Shown: positions 14,001 to 27,279 of the stretch, piece by piece
Layout of the letters: each line of letters starts with the position of its first letter
How positions within the stretch are numbered: position 1 is the stretch's first letter
Source of the DNA: Camelus ferus
Lineage: Eukaryota
NCBI RefSeq assembly: GCF_009834535.1
Contig: NC_045697.1
Location: forward strand, 75,332,001-75,396,000
DNA: 64,000 nt
Direction of reading: 5' to 3'
The notes under the pieces: model-generated
What the model was told of the DNA's origin: nothing
Databases searched by the model: none
The model's input: the letters and a program-made list of their open reading frames with translations, nothing else
Position numbers and translations under genes: made by a program

Positions 14001-14836
14001 AGTGGAGCCACTAAAAGAGCCTGCCTGTTCACAGCTGGAACCACGTGAGCAACAAAATAGAGCAGGGCTGGATGAGAACTCCAAGTATAAGTCAAACACC
14101 CATGAGTCCACCATGATATAAACGATTGACCAAATAAAGAAGTAAATGGGGGAGAAGAGAAATATCCCCTGCAAAAGAATTCCAGATAATGTACGTAGGA
14201 GCCCCACCCCTGAAGGGTGGGCCATTCATACTACTTCTTTACAAAGAGTGCGGCGTGGAAAGGAGGGAGAAGGTTTGGGAGAAGAGTAACTTTTGAGTGG
14301 AGAAATCTGACAAAGACTAACCTTAGCCAAATGACAAAGGACAACATCAATAATACAAGTTAAATTGATTTAATGGATTCTTCCCAGGATATAATTAAAA
14401 TGGCACTTTGCCTCTGCCACTTTTGAGGAGGGAAGTGGCCTCCCTCCTCAAAACCCACATCTAATCATCAGAAAAAGAGGAGACAAATTCCAGTCAAAGG
14501 AAAGTCGATACTATATCTGACCAGTATTCCTCAAAACTGTCAAGGTCATCAAAAACAAGGAGAGTTTGAGAAAACTGTCTCAAGCAAGAGAAGCCCAAGG
14601 ATTCTTGAAAAGAAAAAGGACCTTAGGTAAAAACCAAGGAAACCCAAATAAAGTATGGACTTCAATTATAATAATATATCAATATTGGTTCAAGAATTAT
14701 AACAAATGTACCATACTAACAAGGTGTCAGTAAGAGGGGAAACTGGTTGGAAGCGTCTAGGAAATCTGTGGATTATTTTTGCAATTTATTTGTAAATCTA
14801 AGACTGTTCTACAAAATAAATTTTATGAAAAAAAAA
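11060..14836 (+). mobile_element. Old L1 (L1MC-like): decayed ORF2 3' half plus long 3' UTR
   Basis: ORF2 DNA motifs (ccctaagatcaggaataaggcaaga; cagatgacatgattgtgtatgttaaaaatcc; gttcatggattagaagaatccatatt; ggatgtttatagcagctttattcgtaattg), L1MC-type 3' UTR and A-rich tail near 14830. Confidence 0.9.
11929..12046 (+). mobile_element. Short younger L1 3' tail nested in the old L1
   Basis: ttaatgtggtaatcatttcatgatatatataaatcaaattgttatgctgcacaacttaaacttacccagtgctgtatgtcaattatatc...aaaactggaagaaaaaaa; host ORF2 is collinear on both sides. Confidence 0.75.
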
Positions 14837-17599
14837 CTAGTTGGAGATCCTGCAGTTGGGAAAAGGATAAAGGAAACAAGACTTTCCAATAAAGAAGCAC
14901 TTCACAATTGTAGAAACTATTATTAGCCAAATGTACACAATACCAAAAGTAAAAAATACCTAGGCCAAATGTTTTTCAACAATTAATCAACTGTCTACAC
15001 TTATATTTTAGGATAATTGTTTTATTCAAAATATCTCATTTGCTTATAATTTAGCAATGAGTTTTTAAATGTTAATATCAAATATACTTCTAAGTATGGA
15101 TAATCATTAAACTCATAGGAACAGTGAGTTTATCTTTCTGTTGTGCTCAGAGCTGGTAATGTTAATAAGTACTAGAAATTTGAGATCTAGTTTGACAGTT
15201 TTAAGCAACAAAGCTCATTTTAATACTTCTTTGGAAGAGATCTGGGTTTGTAAAATAAGATAAAACAAAAAAAGTTAAAATCAAGGGGCTAGTCAGCTGT
15301 TAAGCCTGGAAAGTGGTTTAATAAAAAAAAAATGGTAGTTTTATGCAGCAGATACTAAGCCTCTATTTTCGATCTTTAAACAGAGAAAAATAGATTTTTA
15401 AAATAATTTCAAATAGAATATTGCATGAAATTACAGAGACTTTTTAGGTAAGATTATAAAAAAAGATAGCTTTACACACCTTTCACATAGTCAATATATC
15501 TGAATGCATATACTTATTTATTCTTTCAAAAACATTTATCAACAACTGTAGATAAAATAGATGAATTTCCAATGGCCCTAAGTCTCTAACTGAATTTCAT
15601 AACAACAACAATAAACATGGATACAAGGTCAGGTCAGAAATCATGATTTTGTTCAGTATCATCATCTAATTACGATAAAGCCAGTTGACGTGCTCAAAAG
15701 ACAAAGAGTAATTGAAGGGAAGCCGATAAAGGTGGAGGCAGGTGCTTTTGTAATTCTTTAGCTATATTTGTGACAGCCTTTGAAGACAGATATGACAAGC
15801 ATGATTATGACTTTCCTTTGAGGCCCACGTTCAATGGCAGATTAGTAACCTGATAAGGTTTCTATATTTGTCTCCGCAACAGAGATCCATTTTCAAATCA
15901 GCCAACACAAAGCATGGTTTCTTTTAATGTTATTGCAACACCCAGTGATAGGACGGGGCCATCTGGATAGATTGGCTGCTGATTACTCAGGAGGTCCCTG
16001 TAATGAGTAGGTTACCTCTGTGGAACTGCTAGGGGTCAAAGGAACTTCTTCCTGAATCCCCTGTTTGTTATTTAGAATGACTTTTCTCAGACTAAACTAT
16101 TGCTCTTTTAAGGGAGAAGAGTGCATTATCTTGTTTGCTTGCATGAACCAATGAAGAGGAAAGGAAAGCAGAGCACTGAGCTCAGTTTCTATGTTGTGAT
16201 GGGTGGTGGGAGTGGTTCTGGGTGGTGGGCTGTCTCAGAGCATGTACAGGTGATCTAAGTCCCAATCCAGGGAAGCATTCGTCCTCTCCCTTGCACTGGA
16301 GAATATCCAGCTTCTGGAAACAGGAAATGGGCTGAAGCGTGCCAGCCACAGGAAGACATGAGCCACTTTGAGAACACACCAAACTCTGCCTTCATCCAAA
16401 GTTTCCTCTTTTCGAGAAAAAAAATGATACTTTCACACCTTTTATTTTGGACTTGTCCATCAGGAAATTCTCACTGAGCACCTCCTATATATGTCACACT
16501 ATTCTGGCACCAGAACATACGGGTTAGCATTTTTGATCTGTAGAACGAAGAGCAGAGTTGGAAGAGGTAAACTCAGGTACAGGTTTCTCCACAGTGCCCA
16601 CCTGAGATCCTCCTCTCATTTTTGGGTATAAGATTTCCTGAGCCCAGGAGGGAAACAAAAGCCATCCTCCATATTATTAACTTGGGGGTGGAGGCAGGTC
16701 AAGAATATTTACTGAGCACCTAAGGCCACTTGACCAGTGCTCAACATATGGGCAGGAAATTTTACTAAAATATTTGTTTCTCCTCCTTACGTTTTTTTTT
16801 TTTTTATGTCTCATCTTCCCAGAGTAGTGTTTTGCCTTCCCTGATTTGCAGGCCATTGAACAGAAGCTGCTTTAAGTCAGTGTTTCCCTATCATTTGCAA
16901 AATTTTTTAATTTACTGGAGAGAACGTACCAGATATTCCAGAGGGAAGTGGGGTGACTCTGTGGACAAGGAGAGAGAAGACTCCCAGAAAGTGGGAAGAG
17001 GACAAGGCTATTTGGATCTTAACTAGGACTGGATCCAGGTGGAAAGGTCAGAGAGAAACAGCTGCACTCTATAGCCACCAAGGCCAAACTCCGGCAGTTG
17101 TGGTTCCCAGTCTTGCACCCTCATCCCCAGATCAGCTAAGAGCCTATGAAGCCGCCAGAGCTGAGGGATCACTTAGACAAGGCTGACCAGCAGGAGGTAC
17201 CCAACTCCATTCTGCTCTGGAAGAAAGACCGTCAGGAAATTGGTTCAGGAGAGAGAGGTGAACCTCACTGAAAACTCAAATTGAAGCCCCTTCAAGTTAG
17301 GAGTCAAATTTCAATCAATTTAATTCAAATAAAGACATGCAGTTATATTTTCACTCCTGAATTTGTAGTTACACCTTCATACTTACTCCTCACAGCTTTT
17401 CTCACCTAATTCTCAAAACAGCTCATGTTATAAGTGTTGCTACTCCCTTCTATCTCCTGAATCACAACATGAGTTATCTCTGGTTTTCATTTTGGATTTC
17501 AGGTACACAGACTTCATTTAATCAGAATCCATGGATCATGACACACTCCTGTCATTGGTCCATACTGACCATGTTTATGTAACTGGCTTACAATTTTCG

Positions 17600-18075
17600 G
17601 TTACTCTTTATTATCTAATAAGCACACACAAAACCAACATTCAGAATAAAAGCTAGAACCTTGACATACACCTTTATACCCGCCCATTCCATTCCTTTGC
17701 TTCCCCCCATGCAAGGTAACCCCCATCTAAAATCCTTTTTATTAGTCCCTTTTTTCTTTTATGATATGGTTTTATTATCTCTATTTGTATTCTTAAAAAT
17801 GTCTATTTGAATTGCATTGCTTTTAATATTATAGATGTGGTATCATGCTGTATGTAAATGGGGGACTGATTACACTTAAAATTATATTGTTATATTTATC
17901 GATATTACTGGGTGGGACTGTAATCTATTTGCTTGACAGCTACATAATATTCTATTGTGTAACTGTACTCTTATTATTCATGCCCCCTACCTTCTATAAA
18001 AAAAGGCATTTGGGTTGCTTCCAGTTTTGCTATCATGAACAGCGACATTTTTGTGTGTCTGTCCCCTGCTGAACA
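17600..18075 (-). mobile_element. Old L1 (L1ME-like) 3' fragment
   Basis: Antisense L1 motifs: tggtatcatgctgtatgta; ggcatttgggttgcttccagttttgctatcatgaacagc. Confidence 0.6.
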
Positions 18076-18829
18076 CTGGACTCTGCACTTCTTATTTCCC
18101 ACCGCTCTACACTCCAGCCCATGCTCTGTGCTTCTTTCCAAAGAGCACTTCTAAAGCACGCACCTTGGCTGGAATTCAGGGGAGCTCCACAGAGCACACA
18201 GAGGACCTGCTTCACTGGGAGGACATATGGAAAAGCAATACAACTCTATGACAGGAAAAGGAAAACGGATCAAAATGGAGAGGAAACAGTGGTGACTGTA
18301 AGCAAAAATAAGCCTTTGGTCTCCACCCTGGAGAAGCCTATGAGTGTTCAATGGTGTGAGCCGTGGGTTTAAGGAAAAGCAAAGCAAGTTAGGGGGTCTA
18401 ACAGCCACATGACTTATGGAGCTCAAAGAGTCGGATGTGGAACGATCTCATAGATCAGGGAGTAAGTGGCAGAGTGCACACTGGCTTGCAGAAGCCTGGA
18501 GGAGACTCCCACCGCCAGCTTCTGCAAGTCTGTGTCCCTGTGCGCCAGCCACGTACTTGCTGGCATGTGGAATAAGGCAATGCGCTCCTTTTTGACACCA
18601 ACCTCAGAGTTATTCTTCATGTATTTTAATCAACTATATTATTATGGCAAAACTATCCAACCAACATTTCAGATATTCCCAGGAGAATGGAGGTTGGAGA
18701 GAAGTAGAAACCAATGCAGCAACATTGTATGAATCTAATTACCGAGCAAAATGTATGTAAGTAATTACTGCCAGGGGTGCGGCAAAGACCTGAGACTGTC
18801 ATCCTGTAGCAATTTGTTTCAACCTTTCT

Positions 18830-19290
18830 ATCACCTCAGTATTAAATTCCACTCTTAGGTGTAAACTAAAAGCCCCTCCACAAGGTGGTTCTTACTCATC
18901 TTCCAGTCCGCTCTCCTACAGTGTCCTCCTCTCCTGCATCCTAGTGACCATCCTAGTTATAGAGACCTAATGCTGCCCCTAAAGTTGCCGTGATATGTCA
19001 AGTTCCCTTTATTTGTGCTGTTTATTGTCTAAAATATCCTTTGCCATCTTATCCATTGACTTCTAAAGGTTTCCAAGAGGCACCTCAAGGGTCAGTTCCT
19101 ATTGGTACCATTAGCCCCTTTGACCCTCTCCCTTATCCTCCTCCTCCATCTTCCCACCCCTACCCCAGGCATATAAAACAGACCATATACTTCTAGGCTG
19201 ACCCTTGCCATACTTAGCTTTCCTCCTATTGCATGTTGAGTTCCTGTATGGTGAGGGATACAGTCAACGGCGTCTAGCAGGCATTCAACA
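18830..19290 (+). mobile_element. L2 fragment
   Basis: Degraded L2 3' region (ccactcttaggtgtaaactaaaagcccctcc...ctagcaggcattcaacagaaac). Confidence 0.45.
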
Positions 19291-19299
19291 GAAACTGAT

Positions 19300-19460
19300 A
19301 TAGTAGATGTTGTCAATGCCCCACCCTGCTCACCTTAACCTGCTGGGACACCCATCTTCAGCTGCTAAGAATAACATGAGCTAATAGCTGCCACCTGACA
19401 TGTTCAACCTTCTCAGGAAAACTGGTCTTGGCAGACAGGAGCCAACTTCTAGGGAATGTA
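19300..19460 (+). mobile_element. ERVL LTR fragment (LTR16-like)
   Basis: Begins tagtagatgttgtcaatgccccacc...cagctgct...gctaatagct, resembling the LTR16-family 5' end. Confidence 0.35.
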
Positions 19461-19624
19461 CCTTTGAGACAACTGATTTTATTACTTGAGTTAAATTGCA
19501 TTGAATAACTTGTTCAAGGGAAGCTAACATTTGAGTTTAAGTCTCTATTACTGCAAAGTCCCTGTTCTACCAATATATCAAATGTCCCTAATAAAGGTGT
19601 GCGTAATAATTGTGTGACACAGAA

Positions 19625-19678
19625 ATATATATATATATATATTTATATAATTATATATATATAATTTATGTATAATAT
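19625..19678. repeat. (TA)n microsatellite
   Basis: Direct: atatatatatatatatatttatataattatatatatat. Confidence 0.9.
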
Positions 19679-19714
19679 ACAGCATACATAATAATATCTA
19701 TATCTGCACTCCAA

Positions 19715-19860
19715 TTTACTCCATGAGTCTCAGTTATCTCCATCTGGTAAGTGGGGATAACTACCCCACAGGGTCGTTAGTTGGTTTAAAAGTGAGAATG
19801 GGTAAACCACTCACCATATAATTAACGCTCAACTTCCAGTACCCAACAATACTGAACAGA
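19715..19860 (+). mobile_element. MIR SINE
   Basis: gagtctcagttatctccatctggtaagtggggataactaccccacagggtcgttagt...aaaagtgagaat. Confidence 0.65.
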
Positions 19861-22374
19861 GTATGTTGACAATCCACTGTATAGACAGCAATGATAAGAT
19901 AGAAAATTAAGTTGATTGTCTTGTATTTGTCAGGGAATCCACTCAAGGTGAAGTTCAATAAGACCAAACTTCTATCAGTCAGAACCTCTCGGTGGTGACT
20001 TGTGTTTGTATTAGCTTACAGTAAAATGTGAATTTTGAATCTGCATATTCATAAACCATGGAGAATCAGGCTTGTTGTAATTAATGCTGTGCTTACTACT
20101 GGGTTCATAAATTCGTTCATACTCAACATGACATGTTAATCTGACTTTTGTAAATCTGAAAAAGAGAGGAAGCTGGAATGGTTTCCCCCACTAGACCATT
20201 CGTATTAGGGACGTTTTTCCCAGGTCATGTTTGGACAAGGTCTGCAAAAGGTATCTGCCTGCTTCTGTAGACCAAAGAAAACTGGGTTTTATTTTGAGTA
20301 CATTGTAAAACTCTTTCTTTCTGTCAAAACATTGAAACAAGCTGTAAAGGGAAGATGTGGAGAGGTCTGAGACTGTTTCGTCATCTGCAAAACTGAGAAG
20401 CTTTAAAACTTAGTTGCAGTTCCAGAATTCTGTCCATTCTAAAGTGAGCTCTTTTTTTCCCCAAAATATAAACAGTAAAAATAAAAGCTCACTGCTTGAT
20501 TAAATTTACCTAAAATAAACTCTTCCTCCAGACTCGGGCCTTCTCCCCACACCACCCTGAGGAGAGAATGTGCTGACAGCCTGGCTGGGGGGCCGGGGAA
20601 GGCCAAGTGGCAAAGCAAAGCACGAAGGAAATGGTTCCAAAAGAAAGCAATTCTCACCTCCCGGAATTCGAGTTGCCTGAAGTCAGCGGCAATAAAGCTC
20701 AAGTGTCAGAAAGCAGGAACAGTTTCTTTGCCTTGAGTGAAATGTAGGCTATTTCCAATGACTGGGAATTAATGCTTTTTAAGCTACTGTAGTCCAAAAA
20801 TGTTGTCATTTCAGAGAATGGAACAGCCACAGGAAGTGGGCCACACAGAGTGAGCCTAGGAAAAGAGAAGGATATAGGCTCCGTCCTGCCAAGACGTAGA
20901 AAAAATTGCCTAGAAAAGGTCAATCTGATTTAGAGGGGATTTATTCAGATTTTTTGTTTTTCCTTTTTTTTTTTCCATTTAAGCTCTCTTTAACTTTGCA
21001 TGGCTCACTGGAGAACAAAGAAAAACAGCATATTTGGCTTTATTTTCCCAGGATGTGAAATGCTTTAGCAAACAAAGCTTCGAGTGAATTTAATCAGGCA
21101 TTTGAAAGACTGCCCATATTGAAACCAAGCATCTCAATATAAATTGGTAAAAATATTTTGATACACCCTTGATAGTTATCTTCTAAACTCAATTATTATG
21201 ATATACCACCGCAGGCTCTGGTAAAATCTTAAGAAAACCACAAGGGAAAAAAAGCCTTCAGCTTCTATATTTGTGAAGTGTGGTTTTGTTTTCTGTTTTT
21301 CCAACTTTGCTTGGTCCTTGTAACAGGCACTTTACTAATTTGTATAAATCCCAGATGAGAAAATGAGTGTGTATATGTGAGAGACTCTCAAAAAATAGGC
21401 TGAGTTGTAAATAAAATTGGGTGTATATGGGATATATTTGACTAGATGGAGGATTTACTGTGTGTAAACAGACAGGGAGAATACTTATAAAAATCACAAA
21501 TTTTTGGTAAGCTATGAAAGCAGGAATTGCTTTATCAGTTGACACTTTTTTTTAGCATTCAAATATTTCCTGGTCTTGGTTTTGTCAAGAAGTACTAATT
21601 TGTGATTAATTAAATTTTATCTTTTCACATTTCTTCTGTAAAAATTGAGCCCCTAGCACTAATAGTTACATAAGGATTTGGTCAGTCATGTTATTTTGCT
21701 CCAATTTGGGTATTAAACACAAACATTTCTTAATGTATCAATCACAAAAACTTCAAATTGGAAGGAATTTTAGAGATCATCTCTTTCTGCTCTGTGATGC
21801 CCTACCATTGACTTCAGTGATTCTCCATCATGAGTGACTCTCAAGCAGATCCTGCAGTTCCATTAAGTGTATACGTTGTTGAGGGAATCCGCTTGGCTGT
21901 TAGTTATTTCTCCCTCTGACAAGCCAGAGACAAGGTGATCTCAGAGCCTTCTTTCCAGGGCAGGGATTCTTTTTGCAGCGTCTTGGGCTGGAGGTTATCT
22001 CAGCCACAGCTTGTCCACTTCTAGTGACAAGGAAGTCACTGGCTCTGAAGAAAGCCTGCTCCAATTCTAAATAATTCAAATTCCTTCACAAATAAAGTGT
22101 TTTCCTGGCTTGAGCCTTGGCCCCACTTCCTGCCTGCTGCCTCTCTCTCCTCCTTTCCTCAAGCCTCCCTCAAGGACGACCCACTGTCACCGCCTCCCCT
22201 CCCCTCCTCCTCTTCAGCTCACAGCCAGCTCTGTTTCCTCCATGCTGCAGACAGTGACCATTTTAAGTATATATGTTAGGGGCTTGTATTTTTTAAAATA
22301 AAAATTTAATGTAAATTTTTAAATAAAACATCTTATTTGAAATATGAAGACTATACTTCGTAAAAATGAAAAAG

Positions 22375-23065
22375 TCTTTCTAACACTCACTATTGGCCAC
22401 TGCATGGGGAAACAGATGCTCATTTCCTACTTGTAAGAACACGTACCAACACGACTTTTTTGGAAGGCAACAGGGAGCAAAGCAAACTCTAGCTGCATCT
22501 AATCTTTGACTCAGCAATCCCATTTCTGGGAATTTATCCTGGAGATATACTCCCAAATACGGGAAGAAGTATGCATTCAGGAGTGTCTTTGTTGTAGTAA
22601 CAACAATAACAAACATCTCAACAATGGCAATGTAAATAATAACAAAAACAGGAAACAACCCAAATAGCCATCATCAGGGGACTGAGTAAATTAGATATGG
22701 AAAATCCATACAACAGTGCAATATGCAATCATTAAAAAGGATGCAGTGGTTTCTGCTAATAGAAAATACATTTCCAATATAGCTTCTTAAATTAAAAAAT
22801 TAGCAAAGTTTACAACACTGCACCTAGCAAGCCCCCTATGTATGTGTCAATATAGTCTATAAAAGCATATGTATATAAGTGTACATATATGCATAAAATA
22901 TTTCAGGAAGGACAGTCTAGAAACCATATTAGGTGGCAATGCCTACAGAATAGAACTAAGGTGAGGGAGATGAAGGGTGGTCTGAGTTGAGAGCCTCACT
23001 TGATATTTTTATCCCTCTGTGCTGTTTGTATTATTTACCATGTTATGTGATCTCTTTTATAATAA
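22375..23065 (+). mobile_element. Old L1 (L1ME-like) 3' end
   Basis: ctttgactcagcaatcccatttctgggaatttatcct; ggaaacaacccaaatagccatcatcaggggactgagtaaatt. Confidence 0.75.
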
Positions 23066-23199
23066 CAAGAAGTAAAGAGCCCTTTAAGTTTTTGCCCACA
23101 CACAGTCTGCAGAACTTCTCTGCAGCTTAGCCTGTGGATTTGACATTTCCCATTTCCTTACCTGAAAGAGTTATGTAATCTTAAGACGTGAAAAGTCTA

Positions 23200-23560
23200 G
23201 AGGCCTTTTTCCTTTTATGGATCATTTATTAAAATGTTGAACAAAAGTTATATCAGCCCTGATCCCTGAGAACCTCACTATTTACCTTTTCCAACAAGAA
23301 AATGTCCATTTATCACTACCCTCTGTTTCCTATTTCTGAGCCAATTTCCTATTTGTGATGAAACATTTTCCCCAGTTCCATAGTGACCCAGTTTCTTCCC
23401 AATGGCTATTGATGCAGAACTAGGTTAAAGGTGTTTGAAAGTGCAAATGAATTACATTTTCAGTCTATCCTTTATCCACAGTCACATGTGCATATTCTTT
23501 TAAGGGAATGTATGACGTGGTCAGCTACAATTTCCCCTTATGGAAATGACATTGCCTTCC
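23200..23560 (-). mobile_element. CR1/L3 LINE fragment (RT region)
   Basis: Antisense CR1 RT DNA: atcatttattaaaatgttgaac...cagccctgatccctgagaacctcacta...ccatttatcactaccctctgtttcct...aaaggtgtttgaaagtgcaaat...cctttatccaca. Confidence 0.7.
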
Positions 23561-23904
23561 CCATGATAGTTTAAATATTCAGTGATTCCATTTTTATTTT
23601 TAATTTTTACTAATTTGACCACCTTCATAATCTGATCACTTTCATGAACGTGAAATAGGTTAATGCATATTTTCCCAGTCCTTTCTGGACCTCTTTTCAT
23701 AGACGGATGCTAAATTGATCATCAGTGAAGCCTTACAGTTTTCGTATTTGTCAATTTAATTTCCTCATTCTGCTCTCTGACATTTGAACATTGAGAATCT
23801 TCAAAATTTTTAGTATATACAATCTACTTCTGATTATTTGCAGCTAGTTGGCCAATTAGACAATAGAAGTTTACATAATACTTGGAGGAACAAGAATGTG
23901 AGAC

Positions 23905-24175
23905 ATTGATCTCAGTAGGTATTTATTCGGAATAAAGTATGTGCCAGACATTCTGACTGTTGCTGGGAACACTTCGTGAACAAAACAGCCCTGGTCCCTT
24001 CCATTATTGCATTGTTAAGCTTATAGCTCAATGGACAAGACAGATATTTATCACATAATTACAGAAATGTATAATGACTAACTTTGATAAATGCCATAAG
24101 AGAAAAATAAATGCACGGAGCTATGAGAGAATGTAATTCATCTAGGACTGAGGTGCTATGTTGGAAAGATTGTGA
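23905..24175 (-). mobile_element. L2 3' end
   Basis: tatttattcgga...tatgtgccagacatt...gtgaacaaaacagccctggtccct...tgataaatgccataagagaaaa. Confidence 0.65.
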
Positions 24176-25129
24176 ACCAGGTTCGGACAAAGGCTGAACC
24201 ATCGTCAGTGGGTACACTCACTCGGCTGTTTAAGAGTCCAGGTGTACTTGTCAGCTTTCTTCTGAATACCTGTTAAAGAGCTAGGCTTATTTATACGCCT
24301 ACTTTTTCCTGATCCAAACACTGCCATGACCCTGATCATGGTTGAGCGCCCCTACCAACTTCCTCCCTCTTTACCTCTCTTTCCTGGTTTGCTTTATCCA
24401 TGATCAAGAGCTCCATATTTCTTAAGTGGGTATAGTAACAGATCATGCCTCTTATTGCTTGAGAAACCAAGCCCTGGTCTTCACACTTTTAATCCTAGAT
24501 AACACTTAATTTTAAGTAAGCCATTCATAATGATAGCTCAGCAGAAAGGCTCAAACTTCTTGACCTCACAGGAATATCTCTTCCCAAATATCTGGCTTAC
24601 TGCCATTAATTTTGTCCTTCTAAAACCAACTTGGCACAGAAATCTTTCCCTAAAAATTCGGTGTAGTCACGTCTCAAGCAAAGAATATATTCATGTATCT
24701 TCTGGCAGCTTTTTAAAAACAATCTCTAAGCCAATATTTGATTCCTGAATATAGATTAACAAACCTTTGTCTCCTATTTGTGGTGAGAAACTGCCTATAA
24801 CTGTTTTTAAACAGGGTTTTATGTCTTTTTTTTTTCCACAGAGTATGAAAAGAAAACCGTTTTTTCCACACTTAAATTTTCATGTTAGAGTCTATAGATG
24901 ACCAGTCATGTTCATAAATATGCTAGCCCCGGTGAGACATAACACAAATGAATTTATAGGAGAGAAAAAAAGGAAATTCCTATGTCCTGAATGTGCCGAG
25001 GTAGATATTGTAATAAATGGCATTTATGCAAAAACGCCCCCTCTGAAATGTTTTCTTTTTCCCTCCATCATGTCCATCAAGGTTACTAATCTCCGCTGTT
25101 CTTCCTTGGCCTATTATCTCTTGATTTTC

Positions 25130-25620
25130 TTTTCCTTTCCAGCCCTCAGCCTGCTGGGGCCTTTGTTCCCTCATGCTTAGACTACTTCAGGAGCCTCCCT
25201 GAACTGCTCCCCTGCTTCTTCTCTCTTCCCTTCCCAATCAACTGACCAGGCTCCTGGATTAACCTTTCCAACATGATGCTCTCCTGAGTGATCCATTACT
25301 GCCTCCCAGAGAAATGAGACATGCCTTCGCTAACCATGTGAGACCCTCCTCATTCTGCTTCTCACTTCTCTCTCCTGGTTTACCTCTCGGGATTCTTCAA
25401 GATCTCCTAAGTGCCCAGCTCTGTTTAACACTTTGTAACCACTTAATAAATGTTGGTAAATGAATGAATGTGTGCTTTTCCTTATATTCCCTATTCGTCC
25501 TACCAGCATTGTCCTTACATTTCTTCCATATACCCAAATCCTAAACTTCTTTTAGGCCTGCTTTTATAAAACTCACAGTGATTTCTCTGCAGTGATGTCA
25601 CCTTCCTATGAATTAATGGG
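25130..25620 (+). mobile_element. L2 fragments
   Basis: ctcatgcttagactacttcaggagcctcc; cacttaataaatgttggtaaatgaatgaatg (L2 terminus). Confidence 0.55.
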
Positions 25621-26569
25621 CTTCACCCTTTCTTTGGAAAACAGTGTTCCAATTTAGATATAGAAGATAAAAGCTAGACATGATCTCCACTAAATTTCCT
25701 CAGCCTGGCAGAATACAATATGGGTTTGGATGTTAAAAAAAACAACCAGTTAAAATCTGAACACTTTTATAGGCTCACTGTTGTAATAAAATCACTGGTG
25801 ACCCAAACGTCTCTCTCTTTTTTTTTTTTTATGAGTCTATGACTCACTTCTCTCTGAGCAAAAATTCTGGCCAAAAATACAGAGAGGAAAAATTGTTTAA
25901 AATTGCTTACATGAAAATGTAAATTATCTGCCTGGATTTGTGGGCACTGCAGCCTTCAAATAAAAGTGTGTAGGGATATAAGTAGAATGAGTTCAAAGGA
26001 ATCTTCAGATGTGTGAAGAAATGTATACTCTATGCTTCCCCCCACCCCCAAGGAAACAGTGCACTAGCCAACTCTTTTTTTGTGGATAGACTGGGGGGCA
26101 TGTAGTGTAGGGTCATACATTTTAAGTTTGCTTGGATTTTAAGCCATTCAACTCCTGGTGTGTCTCATTTCATAAAGATAATTATATCCTGCTCTTCCCA
26201 CCAGGCCTAGAAGGAGACATTTTACCTCCTGACCTTCTCCTCCCCCAGGTATTCGGATGTTTGAGTGGGGATAAGAATGATAAGGCACTCTTTCCAGATT
26301 CTATGCCAAATCAAACAAAATAACTCCTCTCGAACAGGATTTAGAAAAATCTACCTTTACCTGTGGTAAACCCCCTATCCTGGATTATGCACCAGAGGAA
26401 TGAGCAGGGTGCCATATAAACATAAAGTGATACACCACTCCTCCCACCCACTGCCATCTGAAGGCTCTGTCTATGTTATAGCTGGGGTCAAGTCACCACT
26501 TGGACCAAAAGCGTTATGTGACTTCCCATTTGGGACATTACAGACAGACTTCCCATAAGCCAAACTATC

Positions 26570-26900
26570 CAACTTACCATTTAAGACTTTCACCATGTGG
26601 TTCCCACACACCTGATCAGCCTCCTCTCTCACTACTTTCTCACTTCATCTCACCAGACTCTATATTCCCCTGAACACTGTTTCATGAATCTGTGTGTTTT
26701 TTAATGCTATTCTCTCTACAAGAATGTCTCTTTTCTGAGTGTTCTTTGCCTGTTAAAGTCCTAAGTGTTCTTCAAGTTTCAACCCGATTTGCACTTCCCT
26801 GGCAAGTCTTCCCTCAGTCCCACTGTCAAAGTGATCTCTCCTTTTCTATCTCCTGATATTTTACAAACACTTTTATTTTATTTAAGCCACTGCAACTTTG
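26570..26900 (+). mobile_element. L2 fragment
   Basis: gctattctctctacaagaatgtc; gtcctaagtgttcttcaagtttcaacc...cacttccctggcaagtcttccct. Confidence 0.5.
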
Positions 26901-27279
26901 AGTCTGTTTCTTACACAGCTTGGGCTAAACCCTAACTGATACAACGGCCTTAAAAGTTTAAGGCTCTAAAAGTTTAAGAGTCAAGTCACTGGCATTTTGA
27001 AACAAATACATCACTTGCCACTAAATGTTCTTTCACTATTCTTTCTATACTACTGATGTATTTTCATCGTATAAAATTGCTATGCCAAAATTACCATAAA
27101 TAATGTCGAGTGTGTGCTTTCATTTTCCTTCCTAGGCCACAAATGTGGCCTGGCTTCATCACATCTGTCTGTCACCTGTGCTGCCACACTCATGCAAGTT
27201 GGCTCTGTCTCCTCAGCTTTGCTGTTCAACCAGCCTGAATTATTAGCATCTTATGAGTAACAGCCTGAGATCATAAAGA

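Noticed and set aside
20658..20702. Peptide FIAADFRQLEFRE resembling family-A DNA polymerase motif A (ADxSQxELR)
   Set aside because: An in-frame stop lies immediately upstream, similarity does not continue downstream, and no other polymerase exons are visible; most likely chance
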